Shown: piece after piece, positions 1-13,098 of the stretch | Layout of the letters: every line of letters starts with the position of its first letter | How positions within the stretch are numbered: position 1 is the stretch's first letter | Source: Lepidodermella squamata | Lineage: Eukaryota > Animalia > Gastrotricha | Assembly (NCBI GenBank): GCA_047495785.1 | Contig: JBLDXI010000031.1 | Coordinates: 868,001 to 932,000 of the forward strand | Length of the DNA: 64,000 nt | Direction of reading: 5' to 3' | Notes under the pieces: generated by a model | Told to the model about the DNA's origin: nothing | Database searches by the model: none | What the model saw: the letters and a program-made list of their open reading frames with translations, nothing else | Translations under genes and position numbers: made by a program

Positions 1-5
1 TTCAG

Positions 6-99
6 ATACAACAAAATAATTATAGCTTGTTGGAAATGTCCCGAGACCGAGAGGCCGTCATTTCAAGAAACTTTGGAGGCCTTTGAAGAGCTGAAATAA
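6..99 (+). CDS. Last exon of an upstream paralogue of the receptor tyrosine kinase family (rest of gene outside the window)
   Basis: Acceptor ttcag at 1-5, then YNKIIIACWKCPETERPSFQETLEAFEELK*, matching the terminal exons at 8315-8414 and 41535-41625; AATAAA just downstream. Confidence 0.85.
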
Positions 100-1154
100 T
101 TAGAAATAAAAATAGCATTTGAAAACTGTTGAAAGAGAGAAACCGATTTATTGGTGGTCTATGTTACGGGTATTTACTGTAACATTGCCTTATAGACACA
201 GGATTATGTAATTAATTGATAATACAGATTGGTATGTTTCATAAATACTGAATGTAATTCATAAATACAATTTGTATTTTCCTTTGTTTCATAAAATCAT
301 GGGAAATTGTGATGTGAGGTGAGTTGACTTTGAGGGTTTTTGAAACTGGGGTGTCCCGAAGTGGTCGCCTGATGGTTTTCATAACACTTGAATATTGCGA
401 AAATTTGGTTCATTCTTAGTCACCTTTCCAGGAAAAATCTTCAAAAATAGCGATAGCTGAGTTCGCTCGCATCCAATTTTATTCGACTGAAAACCGTCTA
501 AAGTTGCAGTTGAGAGCCGAGTTCATGTAGATTTTGAAGAAATTATGAGAAAAAATGCTGTAAATTGAGTGACATTTTATAGTTTGGACGCGAAATGTTG
601 GAAGTTTTGAGCATATTTTCCCTCACTGAAAAATGGAAAAAATGGAAAAGATCGCTAGGGGCCGCAGCCTGGTAAAGAATTTTGATTTTGGGGTCGCCAA
701 GTGTTAGGGGTTTAGAAGGCCTGTACTAACCGTTTCCCCGTTGACTAGGCCTGTTTCAAATAATCTCTAATTATCACATTTCCATTAGCAGAAATAAGTT
801 TCCTACCTTTTACAGTGTTGTCTAAGGTATGAATAATACGATAGCCGGTGATGTTCTAACCAGCTGCGAATTTAATCTATTTGAAATTCGATTCGCAGTC
901 ATGCCCGATACATCAATCGGACCTCCATTCAATCCGAGTTTTTCATCATTATACCAGATGGCGACGCCATATGCGGGGTTCGTAATAAACGAAATGACCC
1001 TGAAAACGATAAGAAGAATTGGCAGGAACCCTCGATGCAATTTATATTAAATTCATTTCTGAAAAGGTGGTTGTTCACCGCGCAATCGCAGATGTACCAA
1101 TACACATTTCACAGTTATAACCTGAATTTCAGCGAACTCTCTGACGCTAAAAAT

Positions 1155-4100
1155 ATGAATCTGCGCATCATAGTCTATTTTTCAGCTGGCATAGTGGCAT
1201 CTTTTGCACGATTACCTGATCCAATTCTACTCCTGCCGCTCGACATGCAATCTGGATTCAAAGATTTGAGCGGGAAGTCTAAACAGCTAAGCGAACCAGC
1301 TCATCTGAGCATTAGCCAAGTGATGGCAGGTCCATTCGGTTATTTAGGAACTTCCGTTTCATTTTCAAGCAACGAACCGCTGATTTATAGCTTACCGTTG
1401 ATCGATAATTATCAGCCGTTGACCATTTCAATGTTTTTCTACTTCGACTCAACAGCTGGTGATGTCGACATTTTCACCTACGAGCGTCGAGATAATTATC
1501 TCTTTTTGTCTGTCAACGCTTCGGGAGGAAGGCTAATTTTGAGGAGTTTCGAGAACGGGAAAACAAGAAGCATTGCTGAGCTTCGCGAAGTCCGGCCTGC
1601 CAACTATTATTTCATCTCTCTCGCAATTGCATTCAACGGCGTGGTTCTGGTAACCATAGGTGTTGAGCCAAACTACTCTCTCGAAACTGCAATTCCTTTC
1701 GATGGTCATACTACCATTGGATCTGCAGAACCAAAACTGTACATCGGCGGTCTGAATGGAGCATCGAATCGCGAGCTTTTCTCTTGTGTTACAGCGTATC
1801 CTACGTGCATTTACGACCCATTAGTTACGAAACAAATTGTTGACTTATGCTTGCAGCAACACCGAGCCGCTTCTTCAACGCGCCAACGAGGTATGAATCT
1901 ATTGAGGAATGACAATGATAACTATTTAAGCCCTTCAAGTGAGCTTGTTTGCCCACCGATATACGGAGACCGAATGGCATGCTGATTTCGGCAAGCTTCA
2001 TAGCAGTGACCGAATAGATATCGTTGCTGACACCCGCACTACCGTTATTTTTGCTCAATGCGTATAAATATTCTGAAATTATCATTTTTAGGTCATGATA
2101 CTCATGCATCAAGCGGGCATTGCTACTGTGGCATATAGTTCCATCGTAACTGTTGAAGTTTCAAGCTATATCGGTATATGTAACGGCATGGATTGCGAAA
2201 AAGTCCTGATAGCCTTCATTGTTCCTATATTCTATGCTGTCAAATTATCGCAATCCGAAGAGGAATTCTGCCGCGAAATCGAGCAGAAACTACTTTCGGA
2301 AGAATTTCGTATTATATCAGTGATGTCGTTAGGTGAGGTTCGATTTCAAATGAGGAAGATGTCATTAATTTAACATTTTAAATAGATAAGCTGCCTTACA
2401 CCAGACCACTGAAGCTTTTGGCAGTTTGGCCATTCGACGACATAAGTGGAATCCGTGATCAGGGCCCTCTCAGACTTAGCGCAACTACTGACAATCGCTC
2501 GTTAAACTTCACTGATGGACCGTTCGAAGCTCCAAAAGCTGCGGTGCGATTAACCGAATCCCTGATGAAAATAGACCCTTTCAAAGTTTCGATCAATGAG
2601 GGTTACACTATCGCATTTTTCTTTTGGAAATCCTCTTCAGTGTATCCTAGAGACATCATGAACTTGCCCGACTGGTCGCTAAAAATTGGGATAACCAACG
2701 AGGGTATACTGTACGTTCAAAGCTATGAACAACTGTACAACCTTACTATGGCGGTTTCCGATGACGCTTGGTCTTTTCTCGGATTCGCGAGCAATTCATC
2801 GGGATTTTATGTCTACAACTCCTTCGGCTTGATATATTTTGCAACTGATACGAAATTCAAATCAACAACAATGTTTAGCATTGAGTTGACCGGGAATGGT
2901 TTGGACGGCATTTCTTGCTTATCAATTTATCATTTTCCGATGAGCTTTGACGATATTTCTCAAGTTCATGACGGCTGTAGGATGAAAATTATTCCACAGA
3001 TGAAATCTGGCCAGGCTTTGCCTGCAACATCTGAAATATCCAAGGGAAGTAGAGTCCCGTTCTTAACCCTCTAAGTCCGACTATGGGTTTTCGTCAATTG
3101 CAACTTCTCGGCGTAGGTGTGGATTGCTTATTAATTTTCGGCATAAAGTTTTTATACCACGGTTGAGCCCCTTACCTGAGCTTGCAGCACCCAGGCGGGC
3201 GCGTCCGCAACGTGCGATTACGCAACACAGTAATTAGGTAAATGTCCCTCGACTCTTAAACTCGTCGAAACACATGTGCCATTATGTGTGCACACATGAT
3301 GAGGGGCAATTTTTTGTCGCTCTGATTGCCATTCGAACACACGAACGTGTTTTGGAAACCAATTAACATGCGAAAACACATACGATCTTTTAATCACTGT
3401 TTTCAAGGCCCTAAATTGAGTTGCGCAGCTGTGCTTATAAAAATGTTGTCAGCAACATCTGGTGCTTACGCACTCTAGTGACAGCCATTTTTCACTTGAC
3501 AAAAAGTTATCAAGTGATTTTGGCGTACCAATTCCGATAAATTTGATTGCCGCCGATTCGATATCGATTTTCATCGGCTAAAAGCGCGTAGTTAGGGTGC
3601 GCGCCGGTAATGCTAGCCGGTTTGTCAAGGTGCCACTGATTTATCAACTAATCCTGGCCGAAAAATCGAGGTTTTGTCAACTTGCATCAAAATTTTCAGA
3701 GTTTTGTTACAAGTCGAAACACAAGTATGATGTAACAGGACTTTTCAAGGTGTTTGTTGCAAAACAATGGGTTCGCATGGCATTGCGAAACATGAGAAGA
3801 CAGCCATATAAAAGACCTGCAATAATCTATTTTATGGTTCCCCAAAATTGTTAACTTCGTTATCAAATGTCACTTGAAGACGACAGTAGCAGTGAAGAGG
3901 ACCTGGTGGAGATCGGCGAAACCTCGTCGGAATTGTCGTCTAACGATGAAGAGCTTGGCGTCACGCTCGACTCCGTCGTGCCGAAGACGAAATGGCGGAA
4001 AATGAACGAGGAGAGACCGTCTCACCAAGTTGAAAAATGCGCGTTGGTCAGCGGTCCATCGGAACTTTTCATCAAGAACCTCGTCGCAATGGAGCAAGGT

Positions 4101-7100
4101 AATTAATATTTATCAAATTTGTTGTACCGCTCACAATTTTTTTGTAGCCATGGAAAAAAACCGCAAAAAACTTGGCGGGAAATCGCGCTCTGATGGCAAT
4201 GCCGGCCCGGACGGGGGCGAAGAGAATGGTACCGAGGAGCAAGCTGTTGAAGAACCGAGCGAGGCAGGAAACGTCGTCGAAGAAGTCCAAGAAGCGCATG
4301 AGGAGGCCGAAGAAGAATTCCAAGATCTTGACGAAGAAGCCGATGATGAAGCGGAAGAAGACGAACAGCAATCATCAGTTTATTCTGACGGCGACTCAAG
4401 CGAATCAGAGAGCCGATACAAGTTGGTCAAGAGAAGAAGTCATCGGAAAGTGCTTCCTTTCTTCCTCCTCATGTTCCCGATCGTCAGCTTGCTGGTCGCT
4501 GAAACGAATAGGTACGCGGCACAGAACTACGATCCATCGAAGCCGCAATTCATCAACGTCACCGAGGAGGAGTTCTTCGGGTTTCTGGCGTGCGTCATTG
4601 GGATGGGTCTTGTCAACTTGCCGGCGCTTCATCAGTACTGGCAATCTTCGGATGCTTTGTTCTTTCAGCCGACGATTGCGAACATCATGAGTCGAGATCG
4701 GTTCAGAGAAATTCTGACTCACCTACACGCTGCCGACAACTCCAAAGCCTTGCCTCGAACAGACCCGAAATTCGACAAGATTTTCAAGGTCCGAGAAATG
4801 CTACAACAGCTGCAGGACAGCTGGCAAGCTAATTTCACGATAGGACCCGATGTAAATTGTTGTCTTTTTGTCTTTTTGCTCATCTTTATTGTCCTATTCT
4901 TGACAGATTGCTGTGGACGAGCAAATGATCGCCTTCAAAGGGCGCACCAGCCTCAAACAATTTATGCCAATGAAACCCGTCAAGCGAGGTCTAAAGATTT
5001 TCGCCCTGGCGCTATCACCTATCGGTTATATCTTTCGAGCACTGCTGTACAGCGGGAAAGGAGATGAAAGTACGTGATTTTTTTGTTTTGTTCTCTTGTC
5101 TACCCTCAATTTTCAAATAGCTGGCTCGGACGTTGCTGCTCAAGCAGGTCTCGCTGAGCGGATCGTTTTCAAGCTCTCAACTTCAATCTGGGGCTGCTGG
5201 CGCATTATCTTTATGGACAATTGGTTTTCTTCAGTTTCGCTCTACAACCGCCTTTTTGCTGAGAAAACTTACGCAGCCGGCACCGTTATCGCCAATCGAA
5301 CAGGTCTGGATCCGGCCGTTCCGATCAAACCCGCGTCAAAGCTACCGCGTGGAAGTTCGCAGTTCAAAGTTCAAGCTGACTTGCTTTATCAGTCGTGGCA
5401 AGACTCGAAAGTCGTCAACTTTCTCTCAACTCGACATTGCGGCACTGGTAACGACACGGTAAAGCGCAAGCAGAAAAACGGCAAGGTCGCTGAGTACTCT
5501 TGTCCCCCCGTTGTCGCTGACTATCAGAAGAACATGCGCGGCGTAGATGTCGCCGATCGCCTCCGCGAGTCGTACGATTGCACTTTGCCCGGGCGCAAGT
5601 GGCACCGCCTCGTGATTTTCTATGGCATCGAAACAGCAATCAACAACGCCCTGTTGGCTTTCAAGTCCACGGAAGATGATCCCGACTATCCTAGCTTGCT
5701 ATTCCGTCGTCGGCTATTCGACGAGTTGATACAAGCCTCTACCTCCGGCAATGTTACGCGCAAGGTCGGCAGAAAACGCAAGCTTTCTGAACAGCTCGAC
5801 CCGCTGGTCCCGAGCGACAAATGGCGAGAAGGCGGCCATTTTCCTGCTCACAATGGCTTCTATGAGTCGGTCGACGCTCGCGGTTACAAACGCGCAAAGC
5901 CGCGCGTGTGCGTCTACTGCAAGGTGGCGCCTGGCTGCACACCGCACATGGCGTCCTGGCACTGCGCTCAATGCGACGTTGGTCTTTGCTGTGAAAATTT
6001 CGGGAAATATGGTCCTCATGCCGGGATCTGACAAAATTACCGGTCCAAAATGACTGAACTTTTCATCCAAAACCTAAAAAATTTGCGTGCGATTCGCATA
6101 CATGTGTTTTCGAAAATTGCCAAATAAATAAAAAATTACGTGCTAAACCACATAGGTGTGTTCCCACAAATAAACATTTTTTACATCGTTTCGCTTGTGT
6201 TTCGACATGTAAAAACGACGTTTTTGGTCAAAATGAAAAAAATTGGTGAAAATATTTTAAGACTTGTGTTAACACAAGCACTTTTAAAAGTTACAATAGT
6301 AACACACATTTTTGTCATTTTTTTGCAACTTTCCAAAACACCAAGCGACTTACACATACACCAGCCGGACTTAGAGGGTTAAAACCGCTAATTTCTGCCA
6401 ACTCGAATTGTATGGCTGTAAAGTTGGACGGCCGACATTACATTTTGCCAGAATCATGCTTGAATTTATTCGAGCATCCACCAAGCAATGGAACCTTCGA
6501 AATCATAGGTGTGAAGGAGCAAGTGGCAATTCTTAGGCTAAATAACAGTGTTGAAATAGACCCTGAAACTTCGAATAACATTGCTCTGTTCACTAAATAC
6601 GTTGGAATGACGAATAACTGGTGGTATGACGTTATCGCTGTAGGATTCCGTGTTGAGCGCGAGCTTCAGAGGATTCAGGATGCGTATAACTACGAGTTCT
6701 TCGAGATTCATGGTAAAATTAACAGCGTCGATCCAGCGTGCGTATCGGAATCCTACATTTGCCTTGATTTGCCAAATAATGATGGTGAATCGCTTTTTAC
6801 TAGCCTGAACTTAGGTGCTGTTCTTTCTTTCACGGACATCCAATCCTATATAGATGGTGAAGCTAGATTGATAATGGTTAGCCTTATATAATGCGTAATG
6901 AAGCCTTATACCTTATATTGATTATATGCAGGGTGGAGTTTATTTGGGTGGAGAAAACGCCACAGCGAACTTCATTCGATTTTTCAACGTCGTGCAGCTA
7001 ACCAGTTGGATTCAAGAGACAGTAGCGTGTAGCGCCTTTCACGCAGCGAAATCAGAATGTCCCCAGTCGTTGGATCGGATACAATCTGAAACGTCATCGG

Positions 7101-8414
7101 TAATGGGTGAAACAACTCCCATGACATCGCAAAGCAGCGATCTGTTTCCAACAACAATATCAGCTAATGGAGGCTCATATTCTTCATCCGAAGGTTATAA
7201 GCGTTTTATTAACACAAATTCGCAAGATTTATGGAAGCTTCTCTGACTAGGTGTAATTACTGTGGCATTGGTCTCTGCAACGGCGGGCTCGTTACTTGTT
7301 CTAGCTGGAATCGCAGCGTGGTGTTTAATCAGGAGGCGGAGAGGATTGAAATTGAAGTTTGCAAAACACAAAGGAAATATCGGAGAAGAATCCACATACA
7401 TAACCCCATATGGCGATTTCAAGCAAATGCTCGAGATGACACCTGGAGGGCGTGATCTGGTTCCACTGATCGAGAATATTAATATCTATCCGAACTGGCT
7501 TGCGATTAATGAGTTGATTGGTCAAGGCTTCTTTGGAGCGATTCATAAGGGTGTTCTGAAGAAACCAGGCTGTGAACCTCGTGACATCGCTTTGAAAAGT
7601 GTCCTGCCCGGTGCTTGTAAGGATGTTGTCGCTTTCGTCAAGGAAGCTCTTATCATGAATGAATTCGATCACGAAAACGTCCTGCCATTGATAGGGATCG
7701 CGTCTCTTGACGGACAGCCTAATATTATTGTTCCTTTTATGGAGAGGGGCAACCTGCATCACTACCTCAACTCATTTGAGGACAATCTATGGGAAAAAGA
7801 TCTCCTGGTTGATTATTCTAAACAGATTTGCAGAGGAATGGTTTATCTTTCGTCACGCAATTGTCTTCACAGAGACTTGGCCTGTCGCAACATTTTGGTG
7901 TCAGACGATGAAGTTTTAAAGATTTCAGACTTTGGCCTGTCTCGATTGGTTTCTGACGAGCATCTCTATTATAGATCAGGCGATATCAGTACGACTATGA
8001 TACCAACTCGATGGCACCCGCCCGAGTCACTAAGCAGTCAAATTTTTCTACCGAAAGGAGATGTTTGGTCATTTGGGGTTGTTGTCTGGGAGATTTTCTC
8101 TCGTAAGATTTAGTTCGCCGACCTGACTACCTCTCACTATATCAATTTTAGTATGCCGGGAAGAGCCGTATGCGGGGTTGAACAATTTCGAGGTCATAGT
8201 TAACGTGACGAGCGGGTTACGTCTCAGCAAACCAACATTCTCTAGCGAAGAAATGTGAGCTTTGAAGTTTCAATCGTTCAATTAAATTTACTGTTTAAGT
8301 TTACTCCCCTACAGATACAAGAAAATCATCATACCTTGCTGGAATTGTCCCGAAACCGAGAGGCCGTCCTTCCAAGATCTTATGAAGGCTTTTGAAGAAC
8401 TGACCAATGATTGA
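1155..8414 (+). CDS. Receptor tyrosine kinase copy 1 (LamG-like/SEA-like/LamG-like/pseudo-trypsin/TM/MET-like kinase), 8 exons, interrupted by piggyBac in exon 4
   Basis: Signal peptide MNLRIIVYFSAGIVASFA; short GT-AG introns in consistent phase; TM VALVSATAGSLLVLAGIAAWCLI followed by RRRR; kinase motifs GQGFFG, ALK, HRDLACRN, DFG, DVWSFG; removing the piggyBac restores RVPFLKPLISANSNC, as in the paralogues. Confidence 0.85.
3067..6378 (+). mobile_element. Full-length piggyBac DNA transposon
   Basis: TTAA at 3063-3066 and 6379-6382; 13-bp perfect TIRs CCCTCTAAGTCCG / CGGACTTAGAGGG; internal transposase. Confidence 0.95.
3867..6031 (+). CDS. piggyBac transposase, 4 exons (3867-4098, 4148-4851, 4907-5069, 5121-6031), 669 aa
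   Basis: Spliced frame is open; acidic N-terminus, MSRDRF motif, catalytic D-D-D (IAVDEQM, MDNWF, GVDVAD), C-terminal Cys-rich domain (CVYC...CAQCDVGLC). Confidence 0.9.
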
Positions 8415-9356
8415 ACGGTTGCTTCTAGTTGTGTGGCTTGAGTTCTTGTCATTCCTAATAGATTAGTAGATTATTATTACACTAGGTAAGGTACGTGTGC
8501 CTAATTCGTTACACGTCCTAATTCGTTACAGTTTGCCGAAAAATCCCCCGCGCTTCGTGTCTGTGATAGATATTTATTTCATTTTTACACCACATCTTGG
8601 CATGGGTGTCCTCTACATTTTCGCAAAATTTCAGCCAATTCGGACCAATAGCCGTGACGTAATCGCGCCCGGTAGAAGGGGTGGTGTGAGTTTTCCGGAC
8701 AAAAATCAAGGACATTTGAAAGTTGCTAATTTATTACAAACGCTCCTGCTGTGATAAGGCAAAGTGTCGCCCCAAAAATGTTGACACTTATATGACTATG
8801 TTAATAAGTTGATAATGAATTGATAAGCTGAATTGATTCTTCAGATGATTTAAAAATCGATCCGTATGGTGCGAGATAAAATTAAAAATTAATTTGAATG
8901 GAAAAGAAACTTGCAAAGCGCAGGGATGAACTAAAAATGATAATTATAATTCAGTCGGCTCATCGTTGGGACGCAATTTTTTTCGTCAATATGTAACCGG
9001 TGTAAGTTCTGCGACTCTGATCCTATGGTGTGGACTTTGATCAACGTGCATATATTAAGTACGCACTTGGTAGCCGACACTGCTCCACACAGAAACACGT
9101 TCGTGCCAATAACGCCCTCGTTGAATATTGATCAGAGACCTTTGGACTTTCGAGGATATATAAACCTTCGTGCTTTGACGGATAGTTACCTGATATATCT
9201 GATCGTTACCTGATAGTAACCCTTTGTTATCTCGTCAGCTCAGTTGAATAATAAAGCTGTGAGTTGTGGAATCTGCCGTCTCTTACCAGATTAGAACCCC
9301 GTTACATTTGGTGTCAGAAGTGACTCTGGTTAAGAACGGCAGATCCTACAGTCAAG

Positions 9357-10379
9357 TTGGAACCCGTGGAACTAGTCGAACTAGTCGAACCGACAGCAGG
9401 CAAATCCTCTGGAGACCTTGCGAAAGTCCTTCGAAAGACTTCGAATTTTATCGGCGCTAAAATCGAGGCTAAAAAGAATACAGCAGCAGCAGTACCGGAA
9501 ATGGCGAAGACGGTGTTGGCAATGGACAAGGCAATGAAGCTGATTCCGAAAATCAGCGGGGAATCATGGCACACCTTCGACAACGAATGGCGACAGTTTG
9601 TGGACATCGTAAATGCCTGTGGCGGAGCCGATCCGCTACCCATACAATCTACTGGAAGAGACCCTAATACGGCCGACCCTCATAAATCGAAAGTCGAGAA
9701 AATGCAATACTTTGTCAACGTCTTGGGATCATTCTTGCGTGGAAAGGCTCTGCAAGTTTGGTATGAAGGCGAACGGGAGGGAGTAAATACACTGGCTGCT
9801 GCGAAAGCCGTGTTGGAAGAAGGACTGAATCTACGGCTAACTGCTGGTCGAGCCACCAATCAGTTCTTCTCACGAGTACAAACCGCAAGTGAAACAGTAC
9901 GCGACTACATTGGCGACTTGAAACGAATCATGCTTCACATGGGCAAGACAGAAGTCGAACGGGAGTATTGTCTGACGCAGCGTTTCTTGATGGGTATCAA
10001 ACCAGCTCTACGAGTTGCAGTCTTCCGACATGGCGAACCGAAGTCATTGCAAAACGCATATGAGCTGGCAGCACTCGAAGAAGCAGCGCTGAATTCGGCT
10101 ACGTTGAGTGAATCTGGAGCTGTCGTAGCCCATGTTGTGTCTGCACCTGGCGGCGTTAGGACCGAGGATTCTTGGAAAATAATGATACGGCTGGTAGGCG
10201 ACCGGCAAGAATTGGTGAGAACAGCCCTCCAATTGATGGAAGAGGAGGGTAACCTGCACAACAATTCAACGCATTATTCCGACAACAATGAATACAGTGA
10301 GGAAGGGATAAGACAGCCAGCGTTCGGAAAACCTACAGCGGATGAGGCCGACGACCGAATAATCCCGGTCAGATCTTGA
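9357..10379 (+). CDS. Retrotransposon Gag-like protein
   Basis: LRGKALQVWY...FFSRVQTASETVRDYIGDLK...RFLMGIKPALR...PKSLQNAYELAALEE resembles the Gypsy capsid/major homology region; follows the PBS. Confidence 0.8.
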   Translation: MEPVELVELVEPTAGKSSGDLAKVLRKTSNFIGAKIEAKKNTAAAVPEMAKTVLAMDKAMKLIPKISGESWHTFDNEWRQFVDIVNACGGADPLPIQSTGRDPNTADPHKSKVEKMQYFVNVLGSFLRGKALQVWYEGEREGVNTLAAAKAVLEEGLNLRLTAGRATNQFFSRVQTASETVRDYIGDLKRIMLHMGKTEVEREYCLTQRFLMGIKPALRVAVFRHGEPKSLQNAYELAALEEAALNSATLSESGAVVAHVVSAPGGVRTEDSWKIMIRLVGDRQELVRTALQLMEEEGNLHNNSTHYSDNNEYSEEGIRQPAFGKPTADEADDRIIPVRS

Positions 10380-10393
10380 AACGGTCTGACAAC

Positions 10394-10441
10394 GAAGAAG
10401 AAGAAGAAGAAGAAGAAGAAGAAGAAGAAGAAGAAGAAGAA
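10394..10441 (+). repeat. (GAA)16 microsatellite inside the LTR element
   Basis: Perfect trinucleotide run. Confidence 0.95.
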
Positions 10442-12679
10442 GGATGGAGGACCTACCGACTCGCTGAATGCGGTAGCGTTATGACCCTACCCGTAGTGTA
10501 TAGTGGTTGTATAGACAAGTTGTTCGGAGTACTGGCTACACCTGTCACCAGTACAAGTTGCGGGGTTTTTGTTATCTGTTTTGGATGGATGGCACGATGG
10601 CGTTGACCCTGCCCAGTGTTTTAATCGGGCACATTTTCCCTTGGGTCGCTGCAGAGGAGAAGAGGAGCTTCCAAGTACGGGCGGAAATACCGCCGATGAT
10701 GCTGAAAACGAGCCGAGGGTATGTTGGCCCAGCAGCAAAGTCGTGTTTGGGTGAGATATTTTGAAGTGCACTACGAAGTATTTTTTTGAATGGTTTCGAA
10801 TGTCGCTATGTTGAGCTAACGTCCGGACGAACCTATAAGTAAGCGCCGCACTTACGTCTGGTGTCAAAGTTCGGCCGAACCTCTATCACCTGACACCCTG
10901 ACGAACGGCGAGTGAGCGAAATGGCTGACGCGATGCGACTCAGCACTGATACAAGTCGAAGACGGAGATGCCCAGTTGATGATCTGGAAGGGAGCGGTAG
11001 TCCGCGAGGAGTTCGCACCGGATGGTACGGTGGGGAAATTCCATGAGGCGGCTCGCTCCATGTAGCGGAAGGTCCACCCTTGTTGGCTGCTGGAATGATT
11101 TGATGGAACACCCCTCGATGTCGCCGATTGAAGTGGCGAATGTTGGCGTTTCAAGCAGACACTGATTGAATCCCTGATGGATGATGGAAGCGGGAAGATA
11201 ACTACGACGTTGGCGTGAGTCCCATCAACGACAAATCGCCGACGCACCAGCCGAGAGGATGCAGGTGTTAAAATTGGCGAGCAAGTGCCGTTGACTTGGT
11301 AATGTATTGCCAAGGTGCTCGTTTGCTGCGACGACTAGAGTAGAGTATGGCATGACTGTCGCAGTGCCACAGCCGTCTCCTAAATCTAACCGTCCCAGGA
11401 GAAAGAATTAGTCGTGTTCGTCGAGCCGTCCGAGTCAATGGTAACGAATAGCAAAGATGGCCGTGGAATTTTGGATAGCTAAATATCTCATGAATTAGTA
11501 TTTAGTCCTTTGAACTGTATGGTGTTGTTTTGCATATCGTTGTTCCATGCTCTGGAAAAGGGGGATGAAATTATGAAATCGGAAAGTTGCTTTTCTGCTG
11601 TTGTTGATTATATAGTAGTGTTGTTAGTGTTCAGATATGACTCGCGTCGTCTTGTAATTGATTTCTGTGAATAGTGTGATATCTCTGCAAAACAACTAGT
11701 ATGATTTCACTGTAAATGATAAAGGCAAAGTTCACATAGCCTAGCCGATGTACGCAAGCCGCCTGCTGTTACAGACCTTGCGATGGCTGTGTTCCTGTGT
11801 TATCGTTGCAGCAACTTTTGTTACGGACAACGCGTATAAGTGGGCAACGCCTTCACAACTTTTGTGACTTTGTTTGTGACTGGAACTGGCGCTGATGTTG
11901 CTGCCACATGCGAAGTTGAAGTGCCTCGCCGCGTTATCACTAGGGCTACGAACGCACGACTTCGAAGTATCCGGCGATCGCAGATCTCCTTGTGGACACT
12001 CTTCTTCCGAGTCAAGGTCATGGCCGCGTCAAGAATCGTTACTAGTCGTTACTGTTGCAGCTGATGCATGGTGTGTTAGAATCAGTTGGAATTTCAATGG
12101 TGTAGCATGCCGAATCTATTCGTGTAATTGTCGAGCATTACTTGACTACCCTGGTGGCGAGTGGTCAGAGCGTACGCGAGTCTGGTCGCAATTCATTCCT
12201 TAGCAATTATCAGCTTGACCGGTATTCGTAGGTTAAACAGGGAGGAATTGTAACCGGTGTAAGTTCTGCGACTCTGATCCTATGGTGTGGACTTTGATCA
12301 ACGTGCATATATTAAGTACGCACTTGGTAGCCGACACTGCTCCACACAGAAACACGTTCGTGCCAATAACGCCCTCGTTGAATATTGATCAGAGACCTTT
12401 GGACTTTCGAGGATATATAAACCTTCGTGCTTTGACGGATAGTTACCTGATATATCTGATCGTTACCTGATAGTAACCCTTTGTTATCTCGTCAGCTCAG
12501 TTGAATAATAAAGCTGTGAGTTGTGGAATCTGCCGTCTCTTACCAGATTAGAACCCCGTTACAAATATTCAACATTAACCGATTTACAAAGAAGATTGTT
12601 CTCTGCGGTCCTGACCGCAGACATGACTGTGAGGAAATTCTGGACGGTCGGGACCGTCGAGATTCTAAGCGTGTACTTG

Positions 12680-13098
12680 CCTGTGACCAAACTGCTTCGT
12701 TATGGTAGGTTGCGCATATTGTAATTACTTCATCAATTTCCAGGTCTGCTAAAGCCTTGTCATAGGCTGAAACGCACGAGAATACATCCCGCGGCGCCAA
12801 GTTGGCTCCTGTCGTCATTATCGGTTGGAAATTAGTCGGAAAACTTGCCGAGAACGTCCCAAGCGTCTGAATAAGCTTATTGTAGTTTGGTTCGATTCCC
12901 ATGGCAACGCTGATATTACTGTCAGATTTAGACCGGATGACGGCAAAATAATATTTACCGCGTTCGATCATAACACCAAGTTGCCTGGTTGAATTTACAG
13001 TACCGAATTCAGTATGGGTGAAACTTAGCTGCCATTCTTCATCCACGTGCAGCACGAAATAAGTATCGCCCCTCTCGTGGCTGTAGATCTGCAGAACT
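12680..13098 (-). pseudogene. Orphan fragment of the first LamG-like exon of the receptor family
   Basis: YSHERGD...RGKYYF...GIEPNY...RDVFSCVSAYD aligns with exon 1 of the paralogues; truncated by repeats on both sides. Confidence 0.75.

Larger units (their letters stand above)
8992..12563 (+). mobile_element. Non-autonomous LTR retrotransposon (Ty3/Gypsy-like, gag only)
   Basis: Two apparently identical 315-bp TG...CA LTRs (8992-9306, 12249-12563); AATA on both flanks; PBS TGGTGTCAGAAGTG (9309-9322) complementary to the 3' end of tRNA-Leu(CAA); purine tract before the 3' LTR; no RT or integrase ORF. Confidence 0.9.

Noticed and set aside
10376-10606. Poly-Glu protein ORF
   Set aside because: Product of a (GAA)16 microsatellite within the degenerate LTR interior
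9025-12470. Duplicated 62-aa ORF
   Set aside because: Chance ORF inside the two identical LTRs
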